Positions 18,453 through 28,094 of a stretch of 63,889 nucleotides of DNA are shown piece by piece. How positions within the stretch are numbered: position 1 is the first letter of the stretch; each line of letters starts with the position of its first letter. The stretch covers positions 1 to 63,889 of the forward strand of contig DKFO01000081.1 in the NCBI GenBank assembly GCA_002452835.1. The letters run 5' to 3'. The notes beneath the pieces were generated by a model that searched no databases, was not told where the DNA came from, and saw nothing but the letters and a program-made list of their open reading frames with translations. The position numbers and the translations under genes were made by a program. Source of the stretch: Candidatus Atribacteria bacterium UBA6794. Its GTDB lineage: Bacteria; Atribacterota; Phoenicimicrobiia; Phoenicimicrobiales; Stramentimicrobiaceae.

Positions 18453-19607
18453 TTATATCGCCTCCAATATATGTACTATTACACTTCCACCAGATCCACC
18501 TAAATTATGGGTCAAACCAATTTTAGCATTCCTTACTTGTCTCTCTCCTGCTTCTCCTCGAAGTTGAGTCACTACTTCAACTACCTGGGCTATTCCAGTA
18601 GCACCAACCGGATGTCCTTTAGATTTTAATCCTCCACTTGGATTAATGGGAATTTTACCACCAATTTCGGTTAAACCTTCTTCAACCGCTTTCCCTCCTT
18701 CGCCTTTCTTTACAAAACCTAAATCTTCCATTGCACATATTTCAGCAATAGTAAAACAATCGTGCACTTCTGCTACATCAATATCTTCTGGTCTAACTCC
18801 AGCCATTTTATAAGCTTGTTTACCAGCTTCCACGGTTGCCTTTGAAGTAGTAATATTTTCTCTATCCGCTAAGGCAATTGTATCGGTAGCATGACCTACA
18901 CCAATTATTTTTACTGGTTTATTAGTAAATTCCTTAGCTCTTTCTGCCGGACATAGAACAACTGAAGCTGCTCCATCACTAATTGGGGAACAATCCAGTA
19001 ATCTTAAGGGGTCTGCTATTACAGTAGAATTGAGAACCTGTTCTATAGTAACTTCGAAGGGAAATTGAGCATAAGGATTTTTAGCACCATTCTTATGATT
19101 TTTTACTGCTACCTTCGCTAACTGTTCTCGAGTAGTGCCATACTCATACATATGCCTTCTGGCGATTAAAGCATAAAGACCAGGGAAGGTCACCCCTTGA
19201 AAAGCTTCATACTCTCTATCACCAGCAGCAGCTAAACCATAAGTTGCTTCACCAGTATCAATATCTGTCATTTTCTCTACCCCCCCAGCTAAAACAATGT
19301 CGCTAAAACCGGAAGCTACATCAAGGAAAGCCTGTTTTAAAGCCAATGCCCCAGCAGCACATGCTGCTTCAACTCTTATTGCGGGAATCGGAGCATAACC
19401 TAAATAATCAGCTAATAGAGAACCCAAATGCTCTTGGCCTACAAAAAGTCCTCCTGAAAAATTTCCAACATACATTGCCTCAATTTTCTTAACACCACAA
19501 TTATCAATTGCTCTTAGAGCAGATTCTACAAAAATATCACGTAGAGATTTACCCCAAAGCTCACCAAATTTTGTTATACCAACTCCTATAATTGCTACAT
19601 CTCTCAT
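18453..19607 (-). CDS. Thiolase (archaeal-type acetyl-CoA C-acetyltransferase / SCP-x-like)
   Basis: [17 protein letters not shown] terminus, active-site region EAACAAGA, and C-terminal NLGGSGGS. Confidence 0.85.
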   Translation of the reverse strand: MRDVAIIGVGITKFGELWGKSLRDIFVESALRAIDNCGVKKIEAMYVGNFSGGLFVGQEHLGSLLADYLGYAPIPAIRVEAACAAGALALKQAFLDVASGFSDIVLAGGVEKMTDIDTGEATYGLAAAGDREYEAFQGVTFPGLYALIARRHMYEYGTTREQLAKVAVKNHKNGAKNPYAQFPFEVTIEQVLNSTVIADPLRLLDCSPISDGAASVVLCPAERAKEFTNKPVKIIGVGHATDTIALADRENITTSKATVEAGKQAYKMAGVRPEDIDVAEVHDCFTIAEICAMEDLGFVKKGEGGKAVEEGLTEIGGKIPINPSGGLKSKGHPVGATGIAQVVEVVTQLRGEAGERQVRNAKIGLTHNLGGSGGSVIVHILEAI

Positions 19608-19631
19608 ATAAAATCACCTTTTTATAAAAAT

Positions 19632-20669
19632 TTATTCTTTGATCATCCTTCTATATCTAACGTAAGTCCCGTAATCGATATAAATTTTATCTTCCAACAT
19701 TTCCTTAACAGTTGGGGCTAAATGCCTCACCTTTTCAATTTTTTCTTTTACTTTAATAATGAAAGAATCACTCCCGGCGCCAGAGCCAAAAGAAGTGATC
19801 AAAATAAGATCCCCCGAATGAGCTACATCTAGGGTTGCAGCTAAGCCTAATAGAGAACAACCAGAATAAGTATTTCCAACTTTAGGTGCAACTAATCCAG
19901 GTCTCATTTGATCCATAGTAAAGCCAAGTATTTTACCAGCTCTAAGAGGAAACTTTCCATTAGGTTGATGGAAGATTGCATAGGTAAAATCAGTAGGTTT
20001 TAATCCAGCTTTTTTCATAATGCCTTTTGCAGAACCTAAAACATGTTTGAAATAGGCTGGCTCTCCGGTAAATCGACCTCCATGTCTTGGATAAAATTCT
20101 CCGTCTCTTCTCCAAAAATCTGGTGTATCAGTAGTGTAGGAATAAGTTTCTAAAATATCTGCTAATGTATCTTCACTACCAATAATAAATGCTGCTCCTC
20201 CAGCAGCAGCAGAATATTCCAAAGGTTCATGAGGTGCACCCTGAGAAGTATCCGCTCCAATGCCTAATCCGTATTTAATTAATCCCGCCTTTACTAATCC
20301 ATAGCATACAAATACTGCTTCACTACCAGCTTTACAGGCAAATTCATAGTCTGCTGTATGTACTTCCGGTATCGCTCCAATAACCTCTGCAATAATAGAA
20401 CTACTTGGTTTAACGGCATAAGGTGGTGATTCAGAACCAATATAAACCGCTCCAATCTCTTCTGGATTGACAAGAGCTCTCTTCAGTGCATTTTGTGCTT
20501 CTTCTACTCCAATGGTTACTGAATCCTGATCCAAATAAGGTACCGTTTTTTCTTCTAATAAAAGTCCTTCTTTAAGCGCTTCTGCATCTTCACCCCATAT
20601 TTTCGCAATTTCTTCTACCTTAATTCTGTATTTTGGTATATAAGCACCATATCCTACAATGCCAACCAT
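19632..20669 (-). CDS. Hydroxymethylglutaryl-CoA synthase, archaeal-type (345 aa)
   Basis: VGIVGYGAYIPKYRIKVEEIAKIWG N terminus and size are typical of the short archaeal HMGCS that partners with thiolase and DUF35. Confidence 0.75.
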   Translation of the reverse strand: MVGIVGYGAYIPKYRIKVEEIAKIWGEDAEALKEGLLLEEKTVPYLDQDSVTIGVEEAQNALKRALVNPEEIGAVYIGSESPPYAVKPSSSIIAEVIGAIPEVHTADYEFACKAGSEAVFVCYGLVKAGLIKYGLGIGADTSQGAPHEPLEYSAAAGGAAFIIGSEDTLADILETYSYTTDTPDFWRRDGEFYPRHGGRFTGEPAYFKHVLGSAKGIMKKAGLKPTDFTYAIFHQPNGKFPLRAGKILGFTMDQMRPGLVAPKVGNTYSGCSLLGLAATLDVAHSGDLILITSFGSGAGSDSFIIKVKEKIEKVRHLAPTVKEMLEDKIYIDYGTYVRYRRMIKE

Positions 20670-20724
20670 TATTGTTACTCCTTTTTTAAGTCTAAATTAA
20701 TTTAATTAGGATAAAAATCTAATG

Positions 20725-21250
20725 AACCACCCTGCGGCAAGCCGCAGGGTATCAAAGATCAGAAAAGCCTTATCTGTTTCAGATCTTCTTTTGGCTTACC
20801 TTGCTTTTGTACATAATTTTCTACTTTAGACCAGTTTCCTCTCTCACCAACTGTGGCCACATAGTATCCATCAGACCAAAATTCTCCACCCCATAACTCT
20901 CTTTTGAGCTGGGGATACCTTCTAAATATCTCCCTGGCAGTGATGCTTTTGAATATGCGCACGATCTCCCCTGGTGCTATTTTGGGATGAGCACTACAGA
21001 GAAGATGAATATGATTCTTATCCATTCCTAAGGCTTCCATCTCTATGGCATAGCGTTCTTCTATACCATCGGCTGTCTCTTCTATGATCTTTACCACCAT
21101 TTCATCAAGCAATACCTTGCGATACTTGACCGGAAACACCAGCTGATAATGGATCTGCCAGGCACAATGATATCCTTTTTGAACTTCTCCTTGACTCATA
21201 TTATCATCATACTCAGAATCTACCCTGTGGCAAGCCACAGGGAATTTTCA
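20725..21250 (-). mobile_element. IS200/IS605-family insertion sequence (tnpA only)
   Basis: The Y1 transposase gene is bracketed by two same-orientation hairpins: CCCTGCGGC-AA-GCCGCAGGG (20730-20749) and CCCTGTGGC-AA-GCCACAGGG (21223-21242). Confidence 0.8.
20759..21199 (-). CDS. tnpA: IS200-type Y1 (HUH) transposase TnpA
   Basis: HUH motif HIHLL and catalytic Tyr region GYYVATVG. I place the start at MSQGEV (21199) because the longer ORF runs into the terminal hairpin. Confidence 0.85.
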   Translation of the reverse strand: MSQGEVQKGYHCAWQIHYQLVFPVKYRKVLLDEMVVKIIEETADGIEERYAIEMEALGMDKNHIHLLCSAHPKIAPGEIVRIFKSITAREIFRRYPQLKRELWGGEFWSDGYYVATVGERGNWSKVENYVQKQGKPKEDLKQIRLF

Positions 21251-21274
21251 AGTTTCAAGTTAAATATTAAGATT

Positions 21275-21976
21275 TCAATATACTTTTTTTGCATATGATA
21301 TTAAAATACTTTTAGTCTCTCTCATATGATCTCTTAAAGCTTTTACCGCTTCATCAGGTTTCCCTGTTTTTAAAGCAGCAATGATTGCTTGGTGTTCAAT
21401 AGGAATCTCCTCTCTTCTGTGAGGAGCAGAAAAAATAGTAATTAATAAGCCAAATGATTTATACCATAAATTTTCAATAATATTACATAAGGTTTTATTA
21501 TGACAGACACAATAAATAGAAAAATGGAATCTTTTATTTATTTCCTGAATTTTAAAAAGATTACTTGGCTGTTTTTTCAGTTCTTCATTTAATTCTTTTG
21601 AAATATTCTCAATATTATCTAATTCTTCAATAATCATATTTATACACGCACATCTAATAGCTTCACTTTCTAATATCTTCCTGACCTGATATATTTCTTT
21701 AATTTCATCCAAATCATACTCTTTAACTACAAATCCACGTCTTGGTAATAAAGCAATCAAACCTTCACTCTCTAATCTTCTTATAGCTTCTCTTACGGGA
21801 GTACGGCTAACATTTAATTCTTCAGATATCTTTCTGGTAGATAATTTACTTCCCCGTTTTATTCTTCCATAAACAATATCTTTCTTAATTTTTTCAGCAA
21901 TAACTCCTACCATTGGTTCAAATATTATTAATTTCTCTATATTATCTTCATCAATTGTTTTAAAAGTACTATCCAT
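21275..21976 (-). CDS. GntR-family transcriptional regulator (FadR/FCD subtype)
   Basis: The N-terminal wHTH (LSTRKISEELNVSRTPVREAIRRLESEGLI) is followed by an all-helical C-terminal domain. Confidence 0.85.
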   Translation of the reverse strand: MDSTFKTIDEDNIEKLIIFEPMVGVIAEKIKKDIVYGRIKRGSKLSTRKISEELNVSRTPVREAIRRLESEGLIALLPRRGFVVKEYDLDEIKEIYQVRKILESEAIRCACINMIIEELDNIENISKELNEELKKQPSNLFKIQEINKRFHFSIYCVCHNKTLCNIIENLWYKSFGLLITIFSAPHRREEIPIEHQAIIAALKTGKPDEAVKALRDHMRETKSILISYAKKVY

Positions 21977-22021
21977 ATTTTGATTTTCTCTTCTTCATTT
22001 TAAAAATTTTATAAATGTATT

Positions 22022-22040
22022 CTGGGATATTGTATCCCAG
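22022..22040. promoter_or_regulatory. Palindrome CTGGGAT-N5-ATCCCAG in a divergent promoter region
   Basis: 7-bp perfect inverted arms between the GntR gene and the 189-aa HTH-like gene. Confidence 0.25.
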
Positions 22041-22174
22041 TTACCAATATATTATAATTATAAAAAGAAAAAGTCAAGATTTTAAATTAAAATTTCTTAT
22101 ATAAGTCCATATGGCCTAATGTAATAATTCTTGACTAATACAATTCAAAAAAATTTAAGAAGACAGTATGCCTT

Positions 22175-22744
22175 ATGAAATCAATTAATAATTATATTGA
22201 AGACAATATTATTTACTATAAAGCAGTATTAAAAAATGAATCTATTTCTAAACCTCTTTTAAAGTGCCAGAAAAAAATAATAACTCTTCATTTCTTTGGT
22301 GAAGAAGATAAGGAATTTTTAAGATCTGGCAATATTTCATTATTACGAAGGAAAAAAATTTTAGAATTTTGCAAAGAAGCCTTTACACAAGGAGCACTTC
22401 TCACCCAAGAAGACCTAGCTTTATTATTATGCACGAGTTTAAGTACGATAAAAAGGGACATACTTTCTTTAAATCAAGAAGGATTTACAGTACCTACTAG
22501 GGGATTTATTAAAGATGTGGGCAGAGGAATATCTTTTAAATCTAAAATAATAAAATACTATAAAAAAGGTATAACCATAAATCAAATAGCAAATTATTTA
22601 TGGCAAGATGAATATATAATAATACAGACTATAGATGAATATCAAGAAGTACTTGACTTATATAATAAAAATATCCCAATAAAAAATATTCATATTATTA
22701 CTAATATCTCTGTAAAGATAATAAAAGAGTATTTAAAAATATAA
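22175..22744 (+). CDS. Hypothetical HTH-like protein, possibly DUF1670 family
   Basis: The segment QGALLTQEDLALLLCTSLSTIKRDILSLNQEGFTVPTRG resembles, from memory, the conserved core of DUF1670 proteins. Needs a profile search. Confidence 0.35.
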   Translation: MKSINNYIEDNIIYYKAVLKNESISKPLLKCQKKIITLHFFGEEDKEFLRSGNISLLRRKKILEFCKEAFTQGALLTQEDLALLLCTSLSTIKRDILSLNQEGFTVPTRGFIKDVGRGISFKSKIIKYYKKGITINQIANYLWQDEYIIIQTIDEYQEVLDLYNKNIPIKNIHIITNISVKIIKEYLKI

Positions 22745-22824
22745 TTTTCTAAATATTTAGTAATTATAGTATATAAGAAGAAGTTATGTAACCAACCTAA
22801 ATTTTATTGTAGTAATAGATAGAT

Positions 22825-23814
22825 TTATCCCATAAAAACGGTCATAAGTTCGGCTAACGAAATGTCTCCGAAATAGTACTTCAGGTCAAACTTAGCCAGA
22901 ATCTCCTTTATAACTTCTGATTGATATTGCTGATCTTTTAGGGCGTCTTCAATCTCACTTATATCGCATAAGGATAAAAAATCTCTGAATATCTGACAAT
23001 TCTTTATCCTCCCTTTTTCTACATCAAGTAGTAGCTCAACCTTGCCTCCCGAAAATCGACGAGAATTTTTAATAGTATAAGGGGGAGAATAGCCAAAATT
23101 CCATTCCCACCTACTATATTTCTCCTCCACCAATTTATTTATTTGTTCTAAATCATATTCACCAAGAGGGTAGTGTTTAATTTCCCTTCCTTGAAACAAT
23201 TCTTTTAGAATAGATTCTTTAAATTCTGTAATATTCATCTGTTTATTGTTAAGATATGGTTTGATATTGGTAACCCGACTACGGACTGATTTGATTCCCT
23301 TGGATTGAATCTTATCAAATCCCACCTGTAATGCCTTAGTTATAACCTCTAAATCAGAGTCAAAAAGTAAGGTACCATGATGCAACAACTTATTTTGAAA
23401 AAGACGCTGAGCATTGCCCGATATTTTCTTACCTTCTATAGTAATATCATTACGACCGGATAATTCGGCAGCTGCCCCTAATTGATTCAGGGCTTTTACC
23501 ACCGGTAGAGTAAATTCTTTAATATCTAAATTAATTGGGTTTTCTAAGTGGATTAAAAAGGTAAAATTCAAGTTGCCCAAATCCTGATAAACTGCTCCAC
23601 CACCAGAAAGTCTACGCACTACCTTAATCTTATGTTCATTAACAAAGGGTAAATTGATTTCTTCTATAGTATTCTGGTTATGGCCAACTACAATAGTAGG
23701 GGTATTCTGCCAGAGAAATATTATCTCCTCATCGATATCAAAATTTTTTAAGATATATTCTTCTAAAGCTAAATTAAAGTAAGGGTCTAAAGAGTGACTA
23801 TCAATATATTTCAT
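22825..23814 (-). CDS. lplA: Lipoate-protein ligase A
   Basis: RRLSGGGAVYQDLGNLNFTF and the overall LplA pattern. 329 aa. Confidence 0.85.
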   Translation of the reverse strand: MKYIDSHSLDPYFNLALEEYILKNFDIDEEIIFLWQNTPTIVVGHNQNTIEEINLPFVNEHKIKVVRRLSGGGAVYQDLGNLNFTFLIHLENPINLDIKEFTLPVVKALNQLGAAAELSGRNDITIEGKKISGNAQRLFQNKLLHHGTLLFDSDLEVITKALQVGFDKIQSKGIKSVRSRVTNIKPYLNNKQMNITEFKESILKELFQGREIKHYPLGEYDLEQINKLVEEKYSRWEWNFGYSPPYTIKNSRRFSGGKVELLLDVEKGRIKNCQIFRDFLSLCDISEIEDALKDQQYQSEVIKEILAKFDLKYYFGDISLAELMTVFMG

Positions 23815-23927
23815 TTTTTATCTTACTCCTTAAAAACATTTTCATTATACTTATTTTCCTTATATAATATCAACATATAATATAAATAATATAAACTTTT
23901 TAGAAGGCAATAAATATTGCTGAAGAA

Positions 23928-24848
23928 TTGTTTAAGAAGGAGTCAGTTTTGCTTAATAAAACAAAAGGCTATCTTATGATTGCTACCGCTGGTATGCTGT
24001 GGGGAACGGTTGGCTTTTTTGTAACAAAATTACTTGCTGCCCAGGTCCCTCTTTCTACTATTATTTTCTGGAGGATGTTCTTTGCTTTTATAATCCTCTT
24101 CCTCTTTCTTTTTTTTACAGATAGATCCAGATTAATAATTGACCGCTCTATATTAATATATGTTATTGCCCTTGGCTTAATAAGCCAATGCCTCTTCAAT
24201 ATCTGTTATTTTAGTGCTATCAAGCTAACTTCTATTGCCACTGCGGTAACTTTACTCTATACTGCACCCCTTTTTATCGCCATAATGGCGCGCATTTTAT
24301 TTCATGAATTTTTTACCAAAAACAAAGTATTAGCGCTAGCACTATGTGTAACAGGCTGTTTTCTTACTGCAACTGGTGGTATTTGGGAAAATCTACAATT
24401 AAACTGGCAAGGAATACTGCTGGGCGTGGCCTCTGGGGTAACCTTTGGCTCTTTACCCATTATCAGTAAATACATCTCCCCTAAATGTCATCCCTATACC
24501 ATTGTCTTTTATTCTATCGGTTTTGGTCTTCTATTTTATTTACCATTCTCTCAACCTATGTTTCTTTCCCCCTCAAATCATAAGCTGGTGATCTGGTTTT
24601 ATATTCTATCTCTCAGTATTATTTCCACTATCATAGCCTATCTTCTCTATATTGGTGGATTAGCAACAGGTATAGAAGCCTCTAAAGCAGGTATCATTAG
24701 CACCATAGAGGTAGTAGTATCAGTTATAATATCACATTTTGCCTTCCAGGAACAATTATGGGGTTGGAAATTGATAGGCATTCTGATGGTTATAGGATCT
24801 GTAATTGTGGTGCAATTAGAACGACCCTCAAATCTCGATGCCCACTAA
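23928..24848 (+). CDS. EamA/DMT-family transporter
   Basis: About 10 hydrophobic segments in two EamA-like halves. Confidence 0.75.
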   Translation: MFKKESVLLNKTKGYLMIATAGMLWGTVGFFVTKLLAAQVPLSTIIFWRMFFAFIILFLFLFFTDRSRLIIDRSILIYVIALGLISQCLFNICYFSAIKLTSIATAVTLLYTAPLFIAIMARILFHEFFTKNKVLALALCVTGCFLTATGGIWENLQLNWQGILLGVASGVTFGSLPIISKYISPKCHPYTIVFYSIGFGLLFYLPFSQPMFLSPSNHKLVIWFYILSLSIISTIIAYLLYIGGLATGIEASKAGIISTIEVVVSVIISHFAFQEQLWGWKLIGILMVIGSVIVVQLERPSNLDAH

Positions 24849-24873
24849 ATATGGATACCAGAAAAAGTCTAAT

Positions 24874-25770
24874 TTATAGTAAAGCAGTACTAAAATATCT
24901 CTCTGCCCGATCAGGTAACACGGTTACCACTCTATTTCGGCCATTGTCCAAATGTAAAGCAGCAAAAACATTAGCCCCTGAAGAGGTCCCCACCAACAAC
25001 CCTTCCTGCAGCGAAAGTTGGCGTGTAGTTTTAATAGCCTCTTCATCAGAAACCGTTAGCACATAATCAACCAGATTGACATCTAAAACCCCTGGAATAA
25101 ATCCATCCCCGATGCCCTGTATCTGATGTAAACCAGGTTCTTTCCCTAAAAGAGCAGCACTATTTTTTGGTTCTACCGCCACAATTTTTATATCAGGATT
25201 TTTTTCTTTCAAAAATTGACCCATACCCTGCAGTGTTCCACCACTTCCTACTCCAGCAACAAAAATATCAATCTCACCTTTGCTATCTTGCCAGATCTCA
25301 GGTCCTAGATTTTTATAATGTGTTTCCGGATTTTTGGGATTTACAAATTGATCTGCCACAAAATATTTTTCCGGTTCCTGCTGGATTATTTCCCTCATTC
25401 TATTAATTGAGCCAGTTAAACTTTCCTCCGCAGGAGTAGTAATAATCTCGCCACCAAAGGCCTGTATAATCTTTTTTCGCTCATCACTCATGTTTTCTGG
25501 TATAACACAGATTACCTGATAGCCTTTTTGTACCCCCACCAGAGTTAAACCTATGCCAGTATTACCCGAAGTGGCTTCGATAATAGTCATACCTGGTTTT
25601 AATTTCTGATCTTTTTCCGCTTCTTCAATGATGTATTTTGCTACTCGATCCTTAATACTACCACCAGGATTGAGAAATTCTGCTTTCGCATATACATTAC
25701 CTGAAGACATTTTCTCTAAACAAAGAAGAGGTGTATTACCAATTGCTTTGATAATATTATTAATTAACAT
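24874..25770 (-). CDS. cysK: Cysteine synthase (O-acetylserine sulfhydrylase) family PLP enzyme
   Basis: PLP-lysine region NPGGSIKDR, TSGNTGIGL, and GVGSGGTL loop. Confidence 0.8.
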   Translation of the reverse strand: MLINNIIKAIGNTPLLCLEKMSSGNVYAKAEFLNPGGSIKDRVAKYIIEEAEKDQKLKPGMTIIEATSGNTGIGLTLVGVQKGYQVICVIPENMSDERKKIIQAFGGEIITTPAEESLTGSINRMREIIQQEPEKYFVADQFVNPKNPETHYKNLGPEIWQDSKGEIDIFVAGVGSGGTLQGMGQFLKEKNPDIKIVAVEPKNSAALLGKEPGLHQIQGIGDGFIPGVLDVNLVDYVLTVSDEEAIKTTRQLSLQEGLLVGTSSGANVFAALHLDNGRNRVVTVLPDRAERYFSTALL

Positions 25771-26108
25771 AGTAATGCCTTTCTGTTTTTAGTGATGATT
25801 TAATTTTTATAATATAACAATAAAATAACAAATTGTAAATAATAATTAATATCTTTATGTCAATTCCAATTTACCGATAGTTCCAGGCTATTTTCGCTAA
25901 TTTCTTTTAAAAAGAGTTTTTTTCGTAAGATACTCCTTTTGCTTGTCCAATTTTTTTTAAGTTGTTATAATTAATTTACCAAGATGAATTTTTTTGAATT
26001 ACATTTTGGGTCTTTCAGGAGACTATTCGGAGGTCACTCAAAGAATGGTAAATAAAAAGAGATTTTAAGGAATAAGTTTCTTAAAGCATATTGTCTATTG
26101 TGACCAGC

Positions 26109-26621
26109 TCAGGAATTATATTTATCGAAACAGACAATCTCTGACAAGGGTTTTCTTTCCGTTTTGGGTCCTAACTTGTTAGGATATCCAAGAGTCATTA
26201 AAGCAACTACCTTTACCCCTTCTGGAATATCTAAAATTTCTTTAACCCGATCCTGATAGAAAGCACCTATCCAGCAAGTGCCTAACCCTAACGAGGCTGC
26301 TTCTAAGCTCATATGATCCAAAGCTAAGGCTAAATCGACTGGATAACTATATTCGCTACCGCCCATTAGATAATTAGGAGCAGTGGCACAACCTACTATT
26401 ACTACCGGAGCTTCTCCTACAAATTTCTGATTTTTACAGGCAGAAACTAATCTTTCTCTTAATTTTTTGTCTCTTACTACTATAAACTTCCAGGGTTGAT
26501 TATTGCAGGCGGAAGGAGCTAATCTACCTGCTTCTAAAACTTGTTGCAGTATTTCTTCAGGAATTTCTTTATCCTGATAACTTCGTACACTCTGTCTTTT
26601 TTTAATTACTTCCAAAACCAT
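26109..26621 (-). CDS. Nitroreductase-family protein
   Basis: RQSVRSY and APSACNNQPW motifs. Confidence 0.85.
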   Translation of the reverse strand: MVLEVIKKRQSVRSYQDKEIPEEILQQVLEAGRLAPSACNNQPWKFIVVRDKKLRERLVSACKNQKFVGEAPVVIVGCATAPNYLMGGSEYSYPVDLALALDHMSLEAASLGLGTCWIGAFYQDRVKEILDIPEGVKVVALMTLGYPNKLGPKTERKPLSEIVCFDKYNS

Positions 26622-26780
26622 ATATATAATTCCTCTTCTATAGTTTTTTAATCTATTTTTATTATATCTTTTTTGCGCTCCCTTTCAAGAGAAAAAAACT
26701 TCCCTTCTAAACCTAACCTTTCAAACTTAAAAATATGCCAAAATTTTTTAGAATAAGATTAATTTTTAGCGCAAATTAAG

Positions 26781-27431
26781 CTAAGGCAATGTTAAAACAG
26801 ATTGCGGATTTATTCTCTTATCTAACCAGCTAATCTGGTTTCGTTCTTTCATTATCTCCAAAGTACGATAGATATCTGCCAGGGAATACTGATTGGGCAT
26901 AGTATACACCAAATCCTGAGCGGTAACCTGTCCTTTTTCTGACCCTAAATCCTTAAGATACATGATAATTAATTCCCTGATCTTCTCATATTTTTCTTCC
27001 TCTTTTGGGGAAAGTGATTGCCCTAAAATAGAATCTGGATTTGTTGGTTTCCCATTTTCTATTTTTTCAGAACTTTTGTGAATATTAAGCTCTTCATTTA
27101 ATTTTTGTTTTATTTCTACCTGACTTTCCCTTAGGTTCTGAATCTGTTCTTTCACTTCTTTCCAGTCATTAACTATTTCTCCAGAAGGGACATTATCTTT
27201 ATTCTGGTTTTCCGTGCTACCTTCTTTCATCTTAAAGTAGGCTGATTCATAAATATATTGGGACAAATATTCCAGATTATCTGCATTCTGCTTCATACTG
27301 GTAATCATTAATTCTATCTTTTTGAAAAGCTGCTGGGACCAAAAATAAAAAATAATGCCTAAACATAATGCTAATATAATAACAATAATAGCCAGTAATG
27401 GTGCTGTTTGTTCAAATAACATATTCTCCAA
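26781..27431 (-). CDS. Hypothetical membrane-anchored coiled-coil protein
   Basis: One N-terminal hydrophobic helix and a charged coiled-coil-like middle. I recognise no motif. Confidence 0.5.
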   Translation of the reverse strand: MENMLFEQTAPLLAIIVIILALCLGIIFYFWSQQLFKKIELMITSMKQNADNLEYLSQYIYESAYFKMKEGSTENQNKDNVPSGEIVNDWKEVKEQIQNLRESQVEIKQKLNEELNIHKSSEKIENGKPTNPDSILGQSLSPKEEEKYEKIRELIIMYLKDLGSEKGQVTAQDLVYTMPNQYSLADIYRTLEIMKERNQISWLDKRINPQSVLTLP

Positions 27432-27461
27432 CTTTTTTACTCTCCTTTAACCACAAGATAA

Positions 27462-27664
27462 TCAGGGGAGGTGTCCCCTGAAACCCCTCATTATCACCCT
27501 CACCTTTCCTCTCCCTTCTAAGGGAGAGGTTTAAAGTAAGAGGGTTAGTATATTGATATTACTTATTTTACTTATTTAAAATAATTGTTTTTTAAGAATA
27601 TCAAAATTGCCTGGCAATTGCGATATTCAAGGGGAAAGATTCTCCTTCACAACCCGTGAATTAA
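27462..27664. repeat. Composite repeat block (family B hairpin + family A palindrome + family E hairpin)
   Basis: B at 27462-27489, A at 27494-27529, E at 27628-27664. Confidence 0.8.
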
Positions 27665-27676
27665 AAGCAAAATAAA

Positions 27677-28084
27677 CTAGATTTCTTCGCCTCCCGGTAA
27701 AATTTGAGAAGTAAAATCCTGATCTTGCATTTTATTTTTACTCTCTTTATCTTGTTTCTGAGCTATATTCTCGCTATCACCATTAAGAGGTTGGATATTG
27801 CTTGGTTCTTTTTTCTCCTTAATATCTTTATTAATATTATTAATATTAATATTTTGCTTATCTTCGGGTGCACTTTTTGGGAAAATTAAATCCTGGTTAT
27901 ATAAGATTTTAGGCAATCTTTCTAAACGAATGGTGCTCACTGCTAATCCTTTGGATATTTCAGTAACCATAAGCGAAAGCTGGGTATAAAGTCGATAGAA
28001 TGCAATAGCCAGCCAGATAGCAAATAAGCTGATAATGATGGACAGAAAAGATAAGACGATAACAATTATTCCTCCATTATTCAT
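27677..28084 (-). CDS. Hypothetical small membrane protein with low-complexity K/N/E-rich tail
   Basis: One N-terminal hydrophobic helix. Only 10 nt separate its start from the stop of the sirtuin gene. Confidence 0.45.
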   Translation of the reverse strand: MNNGGIIVIVLSFLSIIISLFAIWLAIAFYRLYTQLSLMVTEISKGLAVSTIRLERLPKILYNQDLIFPKSAPEDKQNININNINKDIKEKKEPSNIQPLNGDSENIAQKQDKESKNKMQDQDFTSQILPGGEEI

Positions 28085-28094
28085 AACAATTACC

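Noticed and set aside
20759-21238. Transposase as a REP-associated tyrosine transposase (RAYT) driving the repeat families, and the longer ORF start at 21238
   Set aside because: The flanking hairpins (CCCTGYGGCAAGCCRCAGGG) are unrelated to families A-E and are not seen elsewhere in the window. The layout fits an ordinary IS200. The first 13 codons of the long ORF lie inside the terminal hairpin, so the MSQGEV start is preferred.
25771-26108. Long leader upstream of cysK as a riboswitch or T-box
   Set aside because: I could find no conserved riboswitch core (SAM, T-box specifier/T-box sequence) or convincing stem architecture. The region is AT-rich with only a loosely spaced promoter-like TTGACA..TACAAT.
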